Shown here: positions 17,864 through 28,308 of the stretch, piece after piece
Layout of the letters: the number at the start of each line of letters is the position of its first letter
Position numbering within the stretch: position 1 is the first letter of the stretch
Program-made: the position numbers and the translations under genes
The notes under the pieces: generated by a model
Databases searched by the model: none
Told to the model about the DNA's origin: nothing
The model's input: only the letters and a program-made list of their open reading frames with translations
Assembly: GCA_028700115.1 (NCBI GenBank)
Contig: JAQVTI010000001.1
Location: forward strand, 1 to 32,000
Reading direction: 5' to 3'
Length of the DNA stretch: 32,000 nt
Origin: Candidatus Iainarchaeum sp.
Lineage (GTDB): Archaea > Iainarchaeota > Iainarchaeia > Iainarchaeales > CSSED10-239

Positions 17864-18916
17864 ATGACAGAAAAAATAATTACAATAAAAACATCTAAAA
17901 AAGATGCAAATAAAATTATTAAAGAAATAAAAGATTTAAAAAATTTTGATAATAGGTATAAAATAAAAACCAAAGATGAAAATATATTTATACCAATTAA
18001 AAAAATTCCAAAAGATATAAATTTAAAAAAAATAATTTATTTTAAAAATCTAGAAAAACAAAAGCAAATTGGGAAAAATTATAAAGACTTTTTAAAAATA
18101 GAAAATAAGATACCTTTAGAAATAATTAAAACATTACCATCATCTTATGATATTGTAGGAGATATATTAATAATTAATATAGAAAATAAAGAAACAATTA
18201 GAAACCACTCTACAAAAATTTGTGAAGCATTAAAAAAAGTAAATCCACATATAAAAGTAGTTTTAAATAAAAAAAAAGAACATCATGGTATTTATAGAAC
18301 ACAAGACTTAGAATGGATTTGGGGGGATTTTAGAAAAGAAACAACAATTATAGAAAATGGATGTAATATAAAAACAAATGTGGAACAAGTATTTTATTCA
18401 ACAAGACTTGCAACAGAAAGAAAAAGAATAGCAAAACTTGTAAAAAATGATGAAATTATTGGGGTTTTTTTTGCAGGAGTAGGACCTTTTGCATTAACTA
18501 TTGCAAAACTTGCAAAACCTAAAGAAATAATTGCAATAGAATTAAACCCAATTGGAGAAAAATATCTTAAAGAAAATATAAAAAACAATCATTTTGAAAA
18601 AATAATTAAACCAATTTTAGGAGATGTAAAAGAAATCTCAAAAAAATATAAAAATTATTTTGATAGAATACCTATGCCTTTACCAAAATCTGCAGAAACT
18701 TTTTTAGAAAATGCAATTTATTCTATAAAAAATAATGGAATAATACATATTTATAATTTTGTTTCAAAAAACAATCCATATGAAGAATTAGAAAAAATTA
18801 TAAATAAAAAAGCACAAGAAAATAATGTAAAATTAAATATCATATTTAAAAAAATAATAAGAAGCTTTTCTGCAACAACAGTTCAAATAGCAATGGATAT
18901 TAAAATAGAAAAATAA
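17864..18916 (+). CDS. Trm5-type tRNA (guanine37-N1)-methyltransferase family protein
   Basis: YSTRLATERKRIAKLVKNDEIIGVFFAGVGPFALTIAKLAKPKEIIAIELNP...YLKENIKNN...DRIPMPLPKSAETFL. Confidence 0.88.
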   Translation: MTEKIITIKTSKKDANKIIKEIKDLKNFDNRYKIKTKDENIFIPIKKIPKDINLKKIIYFKNLEKQKQIGKNYKDFLKIENKIPLEIIKTLPSSYDIVGDILIINIENKETIRNHSTKICEALKKVNPHIKVVLNKKKEHHGIYRTQDLEWIWGDFRKETTIIENGCNIKTNVEQVFYSTRLATERKRIAKLVKNDEIIGVFFAGVGPFALTIAKLAKPKEIIAIELNPIGEKYLKENIKNNHFEKIIKPILGDVKEISKKYKNYFDRIPMPLPKSAETFLENAIYSIKNNGIIHIYNFVSKNNPYEELEKIINKKAQENNVKLNIIFKKIIRSFSATTVQIAMDIKIEK

Positions 18917-18917
18917 A

Positions 18918-21239
18918 TTATTTTTCTAAATCTTTTTTCAAAGATAATTTTTTTTGATTTTTTTTAACTTGTTTTTTAGAAAGATCTTTAGAAAGATCTT
19001 TTTTTCTTTTTAAAAGATTTTCTATTTGACAATTAATTATTTTTAACTCAGATTCTTTTTCAATTGAATGAAAATGATGTTCTTTTTTAACTTCACATTT
19101 AATATTATTTTTTAAACAATCTTTTTCTTTAATAAAATTTAATTCTAAAAGATATTTATTTCTTAATTCTTTATAAGTAAAAGGAGAAATTTTACCATCT
19201 AAAAGATCCTCATCTAATTGAGATATTTTTTGTTTAATATGTTCTTTTTTTGTATGATTATATTTATATATTTCAAAAAATATAAAAAAAGTTATTATTA
19301 CTAAAAAAAATAAAACAAAATAAATTAAATAATTATTTTTATCATTTTTATAAATTACAAAATTTTGAGAAACATTATCAGATTCTAAAATATTAGAAGT
19401 ATCTAAATTATTAGAAGTATATAAATTATTTAAATTATCATCGATAGAATCTTGAATAATTATTTGAATATCTGCACTATTATAAAAATCTAAAATAACT
19501 TCTTCAACTTCAAATAATCTATTTGAAATATTTAAAATAGAATTTGAAGTTTTTAAATTAGAAAGTGAAGACTCTGGATTTTTATTTTCATAATACAAAT
19601 AATTTTCATAAAAATAAATTGCATGATCTAAAAAAAGTTTAGACCAAACATTGTCTTTAGAATTTAAAGAATTTATTGACCTTAAAGAATTATTTAAATA
19701 TTCATAATTTTTATAAAATAAAGAATTATCGAAAAGCTCAACATTATTTTGTTCAATAGTTTCTAAAACAGCAAATGCAGATGCAGAATCAAAAAGAGAA
19801 GTAACATACCAACCTCTTTTAAAATTATATTTTGCAGAATCAAATCTTCTTACAAAATCAGAATCGGTTGCAATTTCAGGATTAGAAATCATTAACTTAT
19901 TTTCTATATCTATAATTTTATTTTGAGCAATTTCTTTAAAATAATTAGATTCTACAAACTTATTTTTAGAATCTGTAATACCTACATCTAAAAAATCATT
20001 TGCAATATCAGCCCATGAATTTGCATAAGAATAATCTGTTATTTTTTCTATTGGTCCTTTTAAAGAATAATTACTTATTTTAATATTATCTAATTTATTT
20101 CTAGCCCAAGTTATTCTTTGTTTTGCACCTATACACCATTCTAAATTTTCTAAAGAACAAAAATTAGTTCTATTTTCTACTAATTTAATTTTTTTTTCTA
20201 AATCATCAAGTCTTATATCAAAAATAGTAGAAGAATCAGAAATAATAGAAGGATTTGTAATAATCTCATCAACAACTGTTAAATTTATAAAAGTCACAAA
20301 AGAATTATTTGCTGCAGAATATAAAAAATTTCCTTCAGAATATAATTTAGATTTATTTAAACCATCTTCTGCATAAGAAATAACTTCAAGCATACTTTGC
20401 ATAATAGAAGAATCATCTAAATCTGTTTTAGACAGATTTTCGGTGGTAACTTTTAATTTTTTTTCAGCTTCAATTATATATTTATCTACTAAAATTTTCA
20501 TTGGTTCTACAGCTTTAGAATATTTTATATTTTCTGGAAAATAAGAATCTGTTTCTAAAAAATTATCTTGATTAATATCAATTGAAGAAATATCTTTTTT
20601 TGCAAAAGACATTACTTGATCAATTGTTTCTGCTTCAATTATTTTCATACCATATTTATCATAAATATAATCTATTAAATCAACTTTATAAATTTCTCCA
20701 TTTTCATTAATCATTTGAGATCTATTACCAACAGGTATAAAAAATAACTTAATACCAACTTCTGCAGCTTTAATAGTTTTTTCTAAAATTCCCCCAACAT
20801 CTCCTATATGCCCATCATTAGAAATAGAACCTGTAAGACTAATAGAATCTATATTTAAATCTTCAAACATAGAAATTATTAAAAAAGCCATAGCAGAACC
20901 TGCTGAAGGACCATCTACACTATATGCATTTGATTCTATATCTATTGTAAAATTATATTTATTTTTAATATCTTGATCAAGATAAAGATCTGCAGTAGAA
21001 ATAGCATGTTTTACAGATTCTTGAGTAGAACTACCTACAATAGATTCATCTATCGAAGAATAAATTTTTCCAATACCATCTATTATTGAAATATTTAATT
21101 TTGCTTCCATTGCATTTTCAGAAGACCCAACTGCAAAAATACTCATAGTTTGATTTGGAATTAATGCTGAAACAGAAGGCAACAAAATAATTATTATTAA
21201 AAAAATACTTATTAAATTTCTTAAATTCATTAAAATCAC
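18918..21239 (-). CDS. Membrane/exported Lon-like (S16) serine protease-domain protein without AAA+ module
   Basis: Signal-like N-terminus. YSVDGPSAGSAMAFLIIS contains the S16 nucleophile serine, and LEKTIKAAEVGIKLFFIP the general-base lysine. Long helical region, TM (YLIYFVLFFLVIITFFIFF), cytosolic Lys-rich tail. No Walker motifs. Confidence 0.8.
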   Translation of the reverse strand: MILMNLRNLISIFLIIIILLPSVSALIPNQTMSIFAVGSSENAMEAKLNISIIDGIGKIYSSIDESIVGSSTQESVKHAISTADLYLDQDIKNKYNFTIDIESNAYSVDGPSAGSAMAFLIISMFEDLNIDSISLTGSISNDGHIGDVGGILEKTIKAAEVGIKLFFIPVGNRSQMINENGEIYKVDLIDYIYDKYGMKIIEAETIDQVMSFAKKDISSIDINQDNFLETDSYFPENIKYSKAVEPMKILVDKYIIEAEKKLKVTTENLSKTDLDDSSIMQSMLEVISYAEDGLNKSKLYSEGNFLYSAANNSFVTFINLTVVDEIITNPSIISDSSTIFDIRLDDLEKKIKLVENRTNFCSLENLEWCIGAKQRITWARNKLDNIKISNYSLKGPIEKITDYSYANSWADIANDFLDVGITDSKNKFVESNYFKEIAQNKIIDIENKLMISNPEIATDSDFVRRFDSAKYNFKRGWYVTSLFDSASAFAVLETIEQNNVELFDNSLFYKNYEYLNNSLRSINSLNSKDNVWSKLFLDHAIYFYENYLYYENKNPESSLSNLKTSNSILNISNRLFEVEEVILDFYNSADIQIIIQDSIDDNLNNLYTSNNLDTSNILESDNVSQNFVIYKNDKNNYLIYFVLFFLVIITFFIFFEIYKYNHTKKEHIKQKISQLDEDLLDGKISPFTYKELRNKYLLELNFIKEKDCLKNNIKCEVKKEHHFHSIEKESELKIINCQIENLLKRKKDLSKDLSKKQVKKNQKKLSLKKDLEK

Positions 21240-21315
21240 ATATATATTATATTAAAAACACATATAATATACATATAAATATTTATATACTTATTTATAA
21301 AAAGAAAAAAAGAAA

Positions 21316-21777
21316 TTACTTTTTATTTTTAAAAAGTAAATTGAATTTTTTTGTAATTCTTAAAACATTTTTTCTACCGTTTTTTTCAACAGTAATTAAA
21401 TCTAAATCTTTTAAGATCTTTAAATCCTCATGAGGTCTTTTTCTAATTATTTTTGATTGATCAATTGGTGAATTTAAAGATATATATGCAAGAGTTTTAA
21501 GTTCAGATTTAGAAAGAATAGTTCCAGTTGCAAAAATATTAAATGAATGAAAATCAGGTTTAACAACCATTTCAATTTTTTTATTATCTCTTAAAATTGA
21601 AATAGAGGTTTTTCTTTTATTATATTCTTCAACTAATTCTTCAACTGAAATATCTATTAAATCAGAAGAAATATTTGGAAGAGCCTTATATATTGTCTTT
21701 ATATTAACTCCTTTTGGAGACATAAATAAGATTGCTTCAATTGCTTGTTTTAAATAATCTGCACTCTCTTTATCCAT
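21316..21777 (-). CDS. scpB: Segregation and condensation protein B
   Basis: AIEAILFMSPKGVNIKTIYKAL...VVKPDFHSFNIF...LSKSELKTLAYISLNSPIDQSKIIRKRPHEDLKILKDLDLI, a WHD layout typical of ScpB. Confidence 0.82.
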   Translation of the reverse strand: MDKESADYLKQAIEAILFMSPKGVNIKTIYKALPNISSDLIDISVEELVEEYNKRKTSISILRDNKKIEMVVKPDFHSFNIFATGTILSKSELKTLAYISLNSPIDQSKIIRKRPHEDLKILKDLDLITVEKNGRKNVLRITKKFNLLFKNKK

Positions 21778-21786
21778 ATAAAACCA

Positions 21787-24486
21787 CTATTTGCCATCAG
21801 AATTATAATTTGTAATTACTCTATTTTCAAAATCTGTAATTGCATAACCATCTAAAGTTTCAACTCTTAGACAATAATTACAACTATAGGTACTTGATTG
21901 CTCATTACAAGTTTGAACAAAAGGAATTAATTCTGTAGAAGTAAATGACTTAGAATAAGTGCCATTTGAATATATTCCATTTCCAAAAATTAAAGTAGAT
22001 CTATCTTCACAAATTCCATTTCCTTCTGGATTTACAAAATATGTAAACTTTACAGAGTTAGGAGGATAACTAGAAATGTCTGGAAAATTTAAAGGAGTTA
22101 CATGTGTATATAAAGTCCCTCCACCATTTGCAAAATTATAAGGATTAACTGGATTTTGAAGAGTAAATGAAGGCTTTGTTATTGTCCATACATAATATGG
22201 AGTTTGATAAGTTTGATTTGCTCCTCCTGCAATTGGAGTAGCTATAACTTTTAGAGAAATATAATAAGATTTACTTATTCCATCATCTACAATAAAACCT
22301 AAATCTTTCATATTAGCATTATTTTCAAAACCAGAAAAATTACAAGAATCTAAAAATTCAACAGGAGTTCCAGAAATAGATTCTTTTCTATACCAAATGC
22401 ATTGTGGATTTTGATAATTTTCAGAATCATACATACTTTCAAAATCTTGATATTCATATTCACTAATTGAACCAATAACTGCATTTGTAGTATGATTAGG
22501 CAAAACAATTTCTGCAGTTAAATCTGGGATATTTGGATCAAGAATAGTAACAGATGAAACATCTGTAACTTCACAAGCAGAAGGATTTGCAAGACATGCA
22601 GAAGTATCTGTTGCAGTTAAATTAAAAGTATATTCTCCAGGAGAACTTAAAGTAGTTGTTCCTGAACAAGTATTATATGTATGAACTATTTGATTACTTG
22701 AATTTTTAATTTCATAAACACAAGAAACTTGTCCAATATTTCCAGAATAATTTGTAGAAAAATTAATTGTTTGATCAAGATTATATGTAGAATTATCTAC
22801 AGGTTCATTTACACTTGCTGCAAAATTATATGAAGAATTATTAGTTATATTTAAATATTTAGCACTAGGAATATACATTCTACAATTATCTTGTAATATT
22901 AATTTTAACTCTTTATTTTGCCCAACATCTGATAAATCAAAAGTATAAGTTGTATCACAAACATTTGCAATTACTTGACCATCTAACTTCCAAGTACAAG
23001 AAACATTCCCATTTTCTTGAGAATAAAATGCTTTTAAATTTACAGATTCCTCAACTTCAAAATCAGTTTGAGAAGAAGGAGAAAAAAAACCTCCTATAAG
23101 TCCTTTTACTGAAAAAGTTTTACTAGAATATGAAGAACTAGAATCATCAGTTGCAACAACATTTAAATCATATGCAAATGTATTAATATCATTACAAGTA
23201 ACATCATAAACTGTATTACAACCATTTGCAATAGATTCATTATCTAAAAACCACTCACAATTAACAGTTCCATAATTATTCTCATAGCTTGCATCTAAAT
23301 TAATTGTTTCTCCAGCATTTGCAGAACCCGGAGTAATAGAATCTATTAAAACTGTTAAAGCGCCTCGAGAAAAAACTGAAATATTAATATTTTTATTAAG
23401 AGTTGTACAAGTATCAGTTATAACTAAATTTAAATCTTGATTATTTCCAACATCTCTTTCTTGTAAAATATAAGTATCATCATCACATACAGAAGAAATT
23501 AAATTATCTCCTAAATACCAATTACAATCTAAATTATTAATACCCCCAAAAATATTTAAATTTGAAGAACTTAAAATAATTTCATCCCCAACATAATAAT
23601 TTAAACTATTGCTTGGGGAATTTATAGCTGAAGATAAAGATAAAATGTTTGCATTAATCCAATCATTTACATTTTCAGAATTATTAATTACATCTACAAT
23701 TAAATTATGATCACTACCAACATCTGAACATTCTGGAGTATAAATCACTTGACATATATTTGATAATGAAAATAAATTTTTATTAGTATTATCATTTTTA
23801 ATTAGATTCCAATCACAAGAATAATCCCCAGAATTATTATTTACTGATGCATTTAAAGTATAATTTAAACCAGGAGTAAAAGAATAACTATTACTTGTTG
23901 TAGGAGATGTAATTTCTACACTTAATAGTTCTGGAGTTGATTCATTATCAACAACAGAAATTGTAATATCATCATTTGCAGTATTTCCATTAAAATCTTT
24001 TACAGAAACATTAATAACATAATTACCAGCATTTGGAAAATTATTATCTGGTAATGAAATATTAGCTCCATAACAAGTATCCTGTAATTCATATAATAAA
24101 TTACTTCCAACATACCAATTACAATCATAACTTCCAGAATTATTATCTACAGTTGCAGAAAAATAAATTAAATCATTTTCAGCAATATTATAATCTTCAG
24201 ATGAAGATGGAGAATTAATTAAAACATCTAAATTATTATTTGTAACATTATTAACATTAGAAGAAGAGTTTAAATTAGAAACTTCATTTAAAAAATTATT
24301 AACAACATCTTCTGAAGAAGATGCTGTTTTTGAAGCAGAATCAATATTTTTATTTGAAGAATTAATAATTACAATCCCTACAAAAATTGCACCAACTATT
24401 AAAACAGCTAAAATAACTATTAATTCTATTGAAACTTGTGCTTTTTTTTTTTTTGAATTTTTTAAAAAATTAGAATATGTATTCAT
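21787..24486 (-). CDS. Giant pilin-signal surface protein with multiple PKD/Ig-like repeats carrying paired cysteines
   Basis: Class III signal KKKKAQVSIELIVILAVLIVGAIFVGIVII near the N-terminus. At least six ~90-110 aa repeats with CxW/Y...C (DCNWYVG...DTC, NCEWFLD...GC, SCTWKLD...VC, QCIWYRK...DSC). Confidence 0.8.
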   Translation of the reverse strand: MNTYSNFLKNSKKKKAQVSIELIVILAVLIVGAIFVGIVIINSSNKNIDSASKTASSSEDVVNNFLNEVSNLNSSSNVNNVTNNNLDVLINSPSSSEDYNIAENDLIYFSATVDNNSGSYDCNWYVGSNLLYELQDTCYGANISLPDNNFPNAGNYVINVSVKDFNGNTANDDITISVVDNESTPELLSVEITSPTTSNSYSFTPGLNYTLNASVNNNSGDYSCDWNLIKNDNTNKNLFSLSNICQVIYTPECSDVGSDHNLIVDVINNSENVNDWINANILSLSSAINSPSNSLNYYVGDEIILSSSNLNIFGGINNLDCNWYLGDNLISSVCDDDTYILQERDVGNNQDLNLVITDTCTTLNKNINISVFSRGALTVLIDSITPGSANAGETINLDASYENNYGTVNCEWFLDNESIANGCNTVYDVTCNDINTFAYDLNVVATDDSSSSYSSKTFSVKGLIGGFFSPSSQTDFEVEESVNLKAFYSQENGNVSCTWKLDGQVIANVCDTTYTFDLSDVGQNKELKLILQDNCRMYIPSAKYLNITNNSSYNFAASVNEPVDNSTYNLDQTINFSTNYSGNIGQVSCVYEIKNSSNQIVHTYNTCSGTTTLSSPGEYTFNLTATDTSACLANPSACEVTDVSSVTILDPNIPDLTAEIVLPNHTTNAVIGSISEYEYQDFESMYDSENYQNPQCIWYRKESISGTPVEFLDSCNFSGFENNANMKDLGFIVDDGISKSYYISLKVIATPIAGGANQTYQTPYYVWTITKPSFTLQNPVNPYNFANGGGTLYTHVTPLNFPDISSYPPNSVKFTYFVNPEGNGICEDRSTLIFGNGIYSNGTYSKSFTSTELIPFVQTCNEQSSTYSCNYCLRVETLDGYAITDFENRVITNYNSDGK

Positions 24487-24571
24487 AAATTATCAACTTA
24501 TTAAAATATATATTTATTTTATAGTTAATATATTTTATAAACTTATGGTTTTAAAAAAATCTAATAAAAAA

Positions 24572-25237
24572 CTAGTTTAAAATTTTAATAAATATCTCTG
24601 AGAAAAAATCTTCTTGCCATATATTAACTTTTTTATCTTGATTTAAAAAAAGTAAAGGTATAAAAAAATTATCAACTAAATCCAAATTAGAAATATCTTT
24701 TGCTAAAAAAGAAAAAGTAATACAACCTACTTCATCTACATTCTTTTTTAAAATAGAATATAAATTTTTAATTCTTATATTTATTTCTTCAGTCTTTTTA
24801 GGCATTACAAAGACTTCTTCTTTTTTTTCTTTAATCTTTCTATCAATATTTTGTTTTGTAGGTCTATTCATAATAAAATCTACAACATCAATAAGTTCAT
24901 CTAAAGAAACTTGACCTTCTTTAAATCTCACTGGATTATCTAAATTTATATTATTTAATAAATCATCTTCTGTAGGAATTTTTAATTCATCTTCATCATC
25001 AACTATACTTGTAAGTTTTAGAGAATAAGCTTTAAGTTTTAATAAAATTGCAGCAGCAAGTAATGCATTTGCAGGAATTAATAAATTATCTTCTTTCATT
25101 TCTTTTATTTTTAATAAATATAAATCTGTTAATTTAATTAAATCTACATTCCATAAATCAAAATCATTAGATTTAACAAGCTCAGTTAGAAGTATCTTCC
25201 AATTTGGTTGTTTTATTATATTTACTAATTGGTCCAT
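24572..25237 (-). CDS. scpA: Segregation and condensation protein A (kleisin)
   Basis: WKILLTELVKSNDFDLWNVDLIKLTDLYLLKIKEMKEDNLLIPANALLAAAILLKLKAYSL...VRFKEGQVSLDELIDVVDFIM. Confidence 0.85.
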   Translation of the reverse strand: MDQLVNIIKQPNWKILLTELVKSNDFDLWNVDLIKLTDLYLLKIKEMKEDNLLIPANALLAAAILLKLKAYSLKLTSIVDDEDELKIPTEDDLLNNINLDNPVRFKEGQVSLDELIDVVDFIMNRPTKQNIDRKIKEKKEEVFVMPKKTEEINIRIKNLYSILKKNVDEVGCITFSFLAKDISNLDLVDNFFIPLLFLNQDKKVNIWQEDFFSEIFIKILN

Positions 25238-25333
25238 AAAAATCTTTTAAAAATATAAAATAATACAAAATATATAATAAAATAATATATAAAAATATTT
25301 ATAAAAGGCTTATAATTTAAAAATTATATAAAA

Positions 25334-26017
25334 CTAATTATCAATAATTTTTGCATTAAAAGATTGGGCATCTATATCACAAAGCTTAATTTTTTTAGAT
25401 AATCCTTCTATATATAAAATAGTATCTTTTTCAAAATAAATAACAATATTTTCAGAAATTAATCTAAATTTTGTTGCTTTTGATTTTAAAATTTCTTCAA
25501 AAACTAAATCAATATTTTTAGAAGGCATAACTATATCAATACCCATTTTTCTACCTTTTATTTTTTCAGAAATTTCTAAAAGATCTACAGTCCCAACAAC
25601 ATTAAATTTCAAAATAAATTCTTCTATATTAAAAGAATCAATTATTTTTTTAATAAAATCTTTAGTTTTTAAAGTATCTGCAAAGACATAAGTTCTATAA
25701 GATCTATATTCTTCTAAAAATTTATTTCCATCACACATATCTTTATAAAAAACATCAATATCTTCTTTTATTTCACAAACAGTAGTATGCATTTTTTTAA
25801 ATAAAGAAATTAATTCTCTTTTTTTAATTTCTTTTTCAATATCTTTTTCTAAATGAGAATTTTTATTTTTAATTTCAGAAATATCTTTTAAATCTTTTGA
25901 AATATTGTTAATGATTTCATAAAGAGGTGTATAAAGTTCAACAACTTTATTTGTTCTATATAAATTTTTATTTAAAGATTCAAAAGATTTTTTTAATTTA
26001 GTATCAATATCAGCCAT
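25334..26017 (-). CDS. Hypothetical coiled-coil protein
   Basis: Long charged N-terminal helix region; no family recognised. Normal coding composition, directly upstream of and co-oriented with scpA. Confidence 0.7.
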   Translation of the reverse strand: MADIDTKLKKSFESLNKNLYRTNKVVELYTPLYEIINNISKDLKDISEIKNKNSHLEKDIEKEIKKRELISLFKKMHTTVCEIKEDIDVFYKDMCDGNKFLEEYRSYRTYVFADTLKTKDFIKKIIDSFNIEEFILKFNVVGTVDLLEISEKIKGRKMGIDIVMPSKNIDLVFEEILKSKATKFRLISENIVIYFEKDTILYIEGLSKKIKLCDIDAQSFNAKIIDN

Positions 26018-26180
26018 AAAATCAACCCCTTTAATTATTTATAATTACATTAATAAATATAATTTTAATTTTTAAAATATTAAATTAGAATAAAATATAT
26101 ATCTAATTTAAAAAACCCCTAATAATATATAAAATGTTTAATTAATAAAGGTTTGTTTTTAAGAAAATTAAGTTAAATTA

Positions 26181-27101
26181 CTATTTATTTGACTTAATAT
26201 CTTTATATACAAAATAAGCAGCAATTGCTCCTTGTGAAATTGCAGTAACAATTTGTTTTAATTCAGTTATATTTGTTGCATCTCCAGAAGCAAAAATCCC
26301 AAAAATATTTGTTCTTTGTTCTTTATCTACAATTATTTCCCCAGAATCATTCATATTTAATGAAAGTTTATCAATTAATTCTGTATTTGGAATAGATCCT
26401 ATTTCTATAAATAAACCATCTAAATCTAATAAATCTCCATTATTTAATTTAACTTGCTTCAATTTATCTTCACCAATTAAATTTACAATCTCTGTATTAT
26501 ATATTACAGCTATATTTTTATGAGAATTCAAAGATTCAATCCACATAGGTTCTGCTTTTAATTTATCTTTTCTATAAATTAAATAGACTTTTCTTGCAAT
26601 ATCAGATAAAAGTAAAGCAGATGTAACTGCAGCATCAGAACCTCCAATAACCCCTACAACTTTATCTTTATAAAAACTACCATCACAAGTAGCACAATAA
26701 TGTATTCCATTACCTAAAAATTTATCTTCATTTTCTATACCTAAATGCCTTTTTTTTTTGCCAATTGCAAGCAATACTTTTTTTGACTTTACAGTTTTTA
26801 CATCTGTATTTATTATAAAAAAATCATCTTTTTTAAAAATATCTATAATTTTTTCAAAATTAATATCAACATCTAAAGATTTTACCTGATTAGTTAAATT
26901 TAACATTAAATCCATACCAGAAATTTCCTTAAAACCAGGATAATTACAAATCTTATGAGCAGAACCAGTTGTTCCTCCAAAAGAATCTGTAAAAACAATT
27001 GTTTTTAATTTATATCTTGCAGAATAAATTGCAGCAGTAAGTCCTGAAACTCCTCCTCCAACAATAACTAAATCATAAATATTTTCAGTCATAAAAATCA
27101 C
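26181..27101 (-). CDS. trxB: Thioredoxin reductase-like FAD/NAD(P)-dependent oxidoreductase
   Basis: DLVIVGGGVSGLTAAIYSAR, CATCDGSFYKDKVVGVIGGSDAAV, and GIFASGDATN. Confidence 0.92.
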   Translation of the reverse strand: MIFMTENIYDLVIVGGGVSGLTAAIYSARYKLKTIVFTDSFGGTTGSAHKICNYPGFKEISGMDLMLNLTNQVKSLDVDINFEKIIDIFKKDDFFIINTDVKTVKSKKVLLAIGKKKRHLGIENEDKFLGNGIHYCATCDGSFYKDKVVGVIGGSDAAVTSALLLSDIARKVYLIYRKDKLKAEPMWIESLNSHKNIAVIYNTEIVNLIGEDKLKQVKLNNGDLLDLDGLFIEIGSIPNTELIDKLSLNMNDSGEIIVDKEQRTNIFGIFASGDATNITELKQIVTAISQGAIAAYFVYKDIKSNK

Positions 27102-27204
27102 ATTTAAATAACATTAAGTTGTATATATATACAAATAATTAGTTCCAAAATATATTTAAATGTTATTAAAAAAAGAAAAAAAAGAAAAAAATGCTTTATA
27201 AAAA

Positions 27205-28107
27205 TTAAGCATCAACTTTTAAATTTAATTTAGATTTTAATTCTCTATATCTATTTCTAATAGTTACTTCTGTAACACCTGCAACATTTGCAACTTCTTT
27301 TTGTGTTCTTCTTTCACCACACATTAAAGCAGCAATATAAACTGCAGCAGCCGCAACACCAGTTGGACCTCTCCCAGAAATTAATCCAGAAGAAACAGCT
27401 TTTTTTACAATTTTTTTACCTTTAGCTTCAACATCTGCAGAAAGATTTAAAACAGAAACAAATCTTGAAATATAATAACTTGGATCTGTTAAAGGAACAG
27501 AAATATCTAATTCTTTTACAATAAATCTATAAGTTCTTCCAATTTCTTTTTTAGTTAAACCAGAAGCCTCTGCCATTTCATTTAATGTTCTTGGAACATT
27601 ATATGTTCTACAAACAGAATATAATACTGCTGCAACAACAGCTTCAATTAATCGACCTCTAATCAAACCTTTTTCAACAGTTTTTCTATATAATAAAGCA
27701 GAAGTTTCTATTAAAGAATTAGGAATATTTAAATATGACGCCATTCTTCTAAGTTCTGTTAATGCAATTGATAAATTTCTTTGCATAGAATTTGAAATTG
27801 AAGATCTTTTATGCCATTTAATTAATCTATACATTTGAGCTCTTGATTTTGTTGAAAGCTTATTACCTCTATTATCTCTACCACTTCTTTCAATCATTGT
27901 TTCAAGACCTTTATTCATTTTTGTAAATTTCATAGGAGACCCAGTACTAACATTATCAAGTTTTTCAGAACCATCAAAAGATCTCCAATCTTTACCCATA
28001 TCTATTTGGTCTTCAGAAAGAACAACATGACATTTTTTACATATATAATCCCCAGTTTTTGGATCTCTATATATATTTTCACTTCCACATTCAGGACATT
28101 TCACCAT
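27205..28107 (-). CDS. tfb: Transcription initiation factor IIB (TFB)
   Basis: Zn ribbon CPECGSENIYRDPKTGDYICKKCHVVL, B-reader DWRSFDG, and two cyclin repeats (RRMASYLNIPNSLIETSALLYRK; ISGRGPTGVAAAAVYIAALMCGERRTQKEVANVAGVTEVTIRNRYREL). Confidence 0.97.
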   Translation of the reverse strand: MVKCPECGSENIYRDPKTGDYICKKCHVVLSEDQIDMGKDWRSFDGSEKLDNVSTGSPMKFTKMNKGLETMIERSGRDNRGNKLSTKSRAQMYRLIKWHKRSSISNSMQRNLSIALTELRRMASYLNIPNSLIETSALLYRKTVEKGLIRGRLIEAVVAAVLYSVCRTYNVPRTLNEMAEASGLTKKEIGRTYRFIVKELDISVPLTDPSYYISRFVSVLNLSADVEAKGKKIVKKAVSSGLISGRGPTGVAAAAVYIAALMCGERRTQKEVANVAGVTEVTIRNRYRELKSKLNLKVDA

Positions 28108-28308
28108 ATTTTCACACCTCTAGGATATTATATTTAACATTTTAAATTAATTATATAAATATATATTTTATATTAAATTTTATTTTTCATAAACAATATT
28201 TTTCAAAAAAGAAATAGGCTTTTAAAAAATAATTTAAGCAAACCTATATAAATATAATGCTTTTTCTAGTATATAAAGCTTTTTATTTTATAAAAATATA
28301 TTAAAAAA

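Noticed and set aside
18394-18588. 64-aa minus-strand ORF
   Set aside because: Antisense to the SAM-binding region of the Trm5-like gene.
16729-23370. 10-bp match GCGCCTCGAG shared by the tRNA-Asn 3' end (16729-16738) and the adhesin gene (about 23360-23369), considered as an att-site remnant
   Set aside because: The match does not extend on either side; the second copy is in-frame coding sequence and no integrase is nearby. Most likely coincidence.
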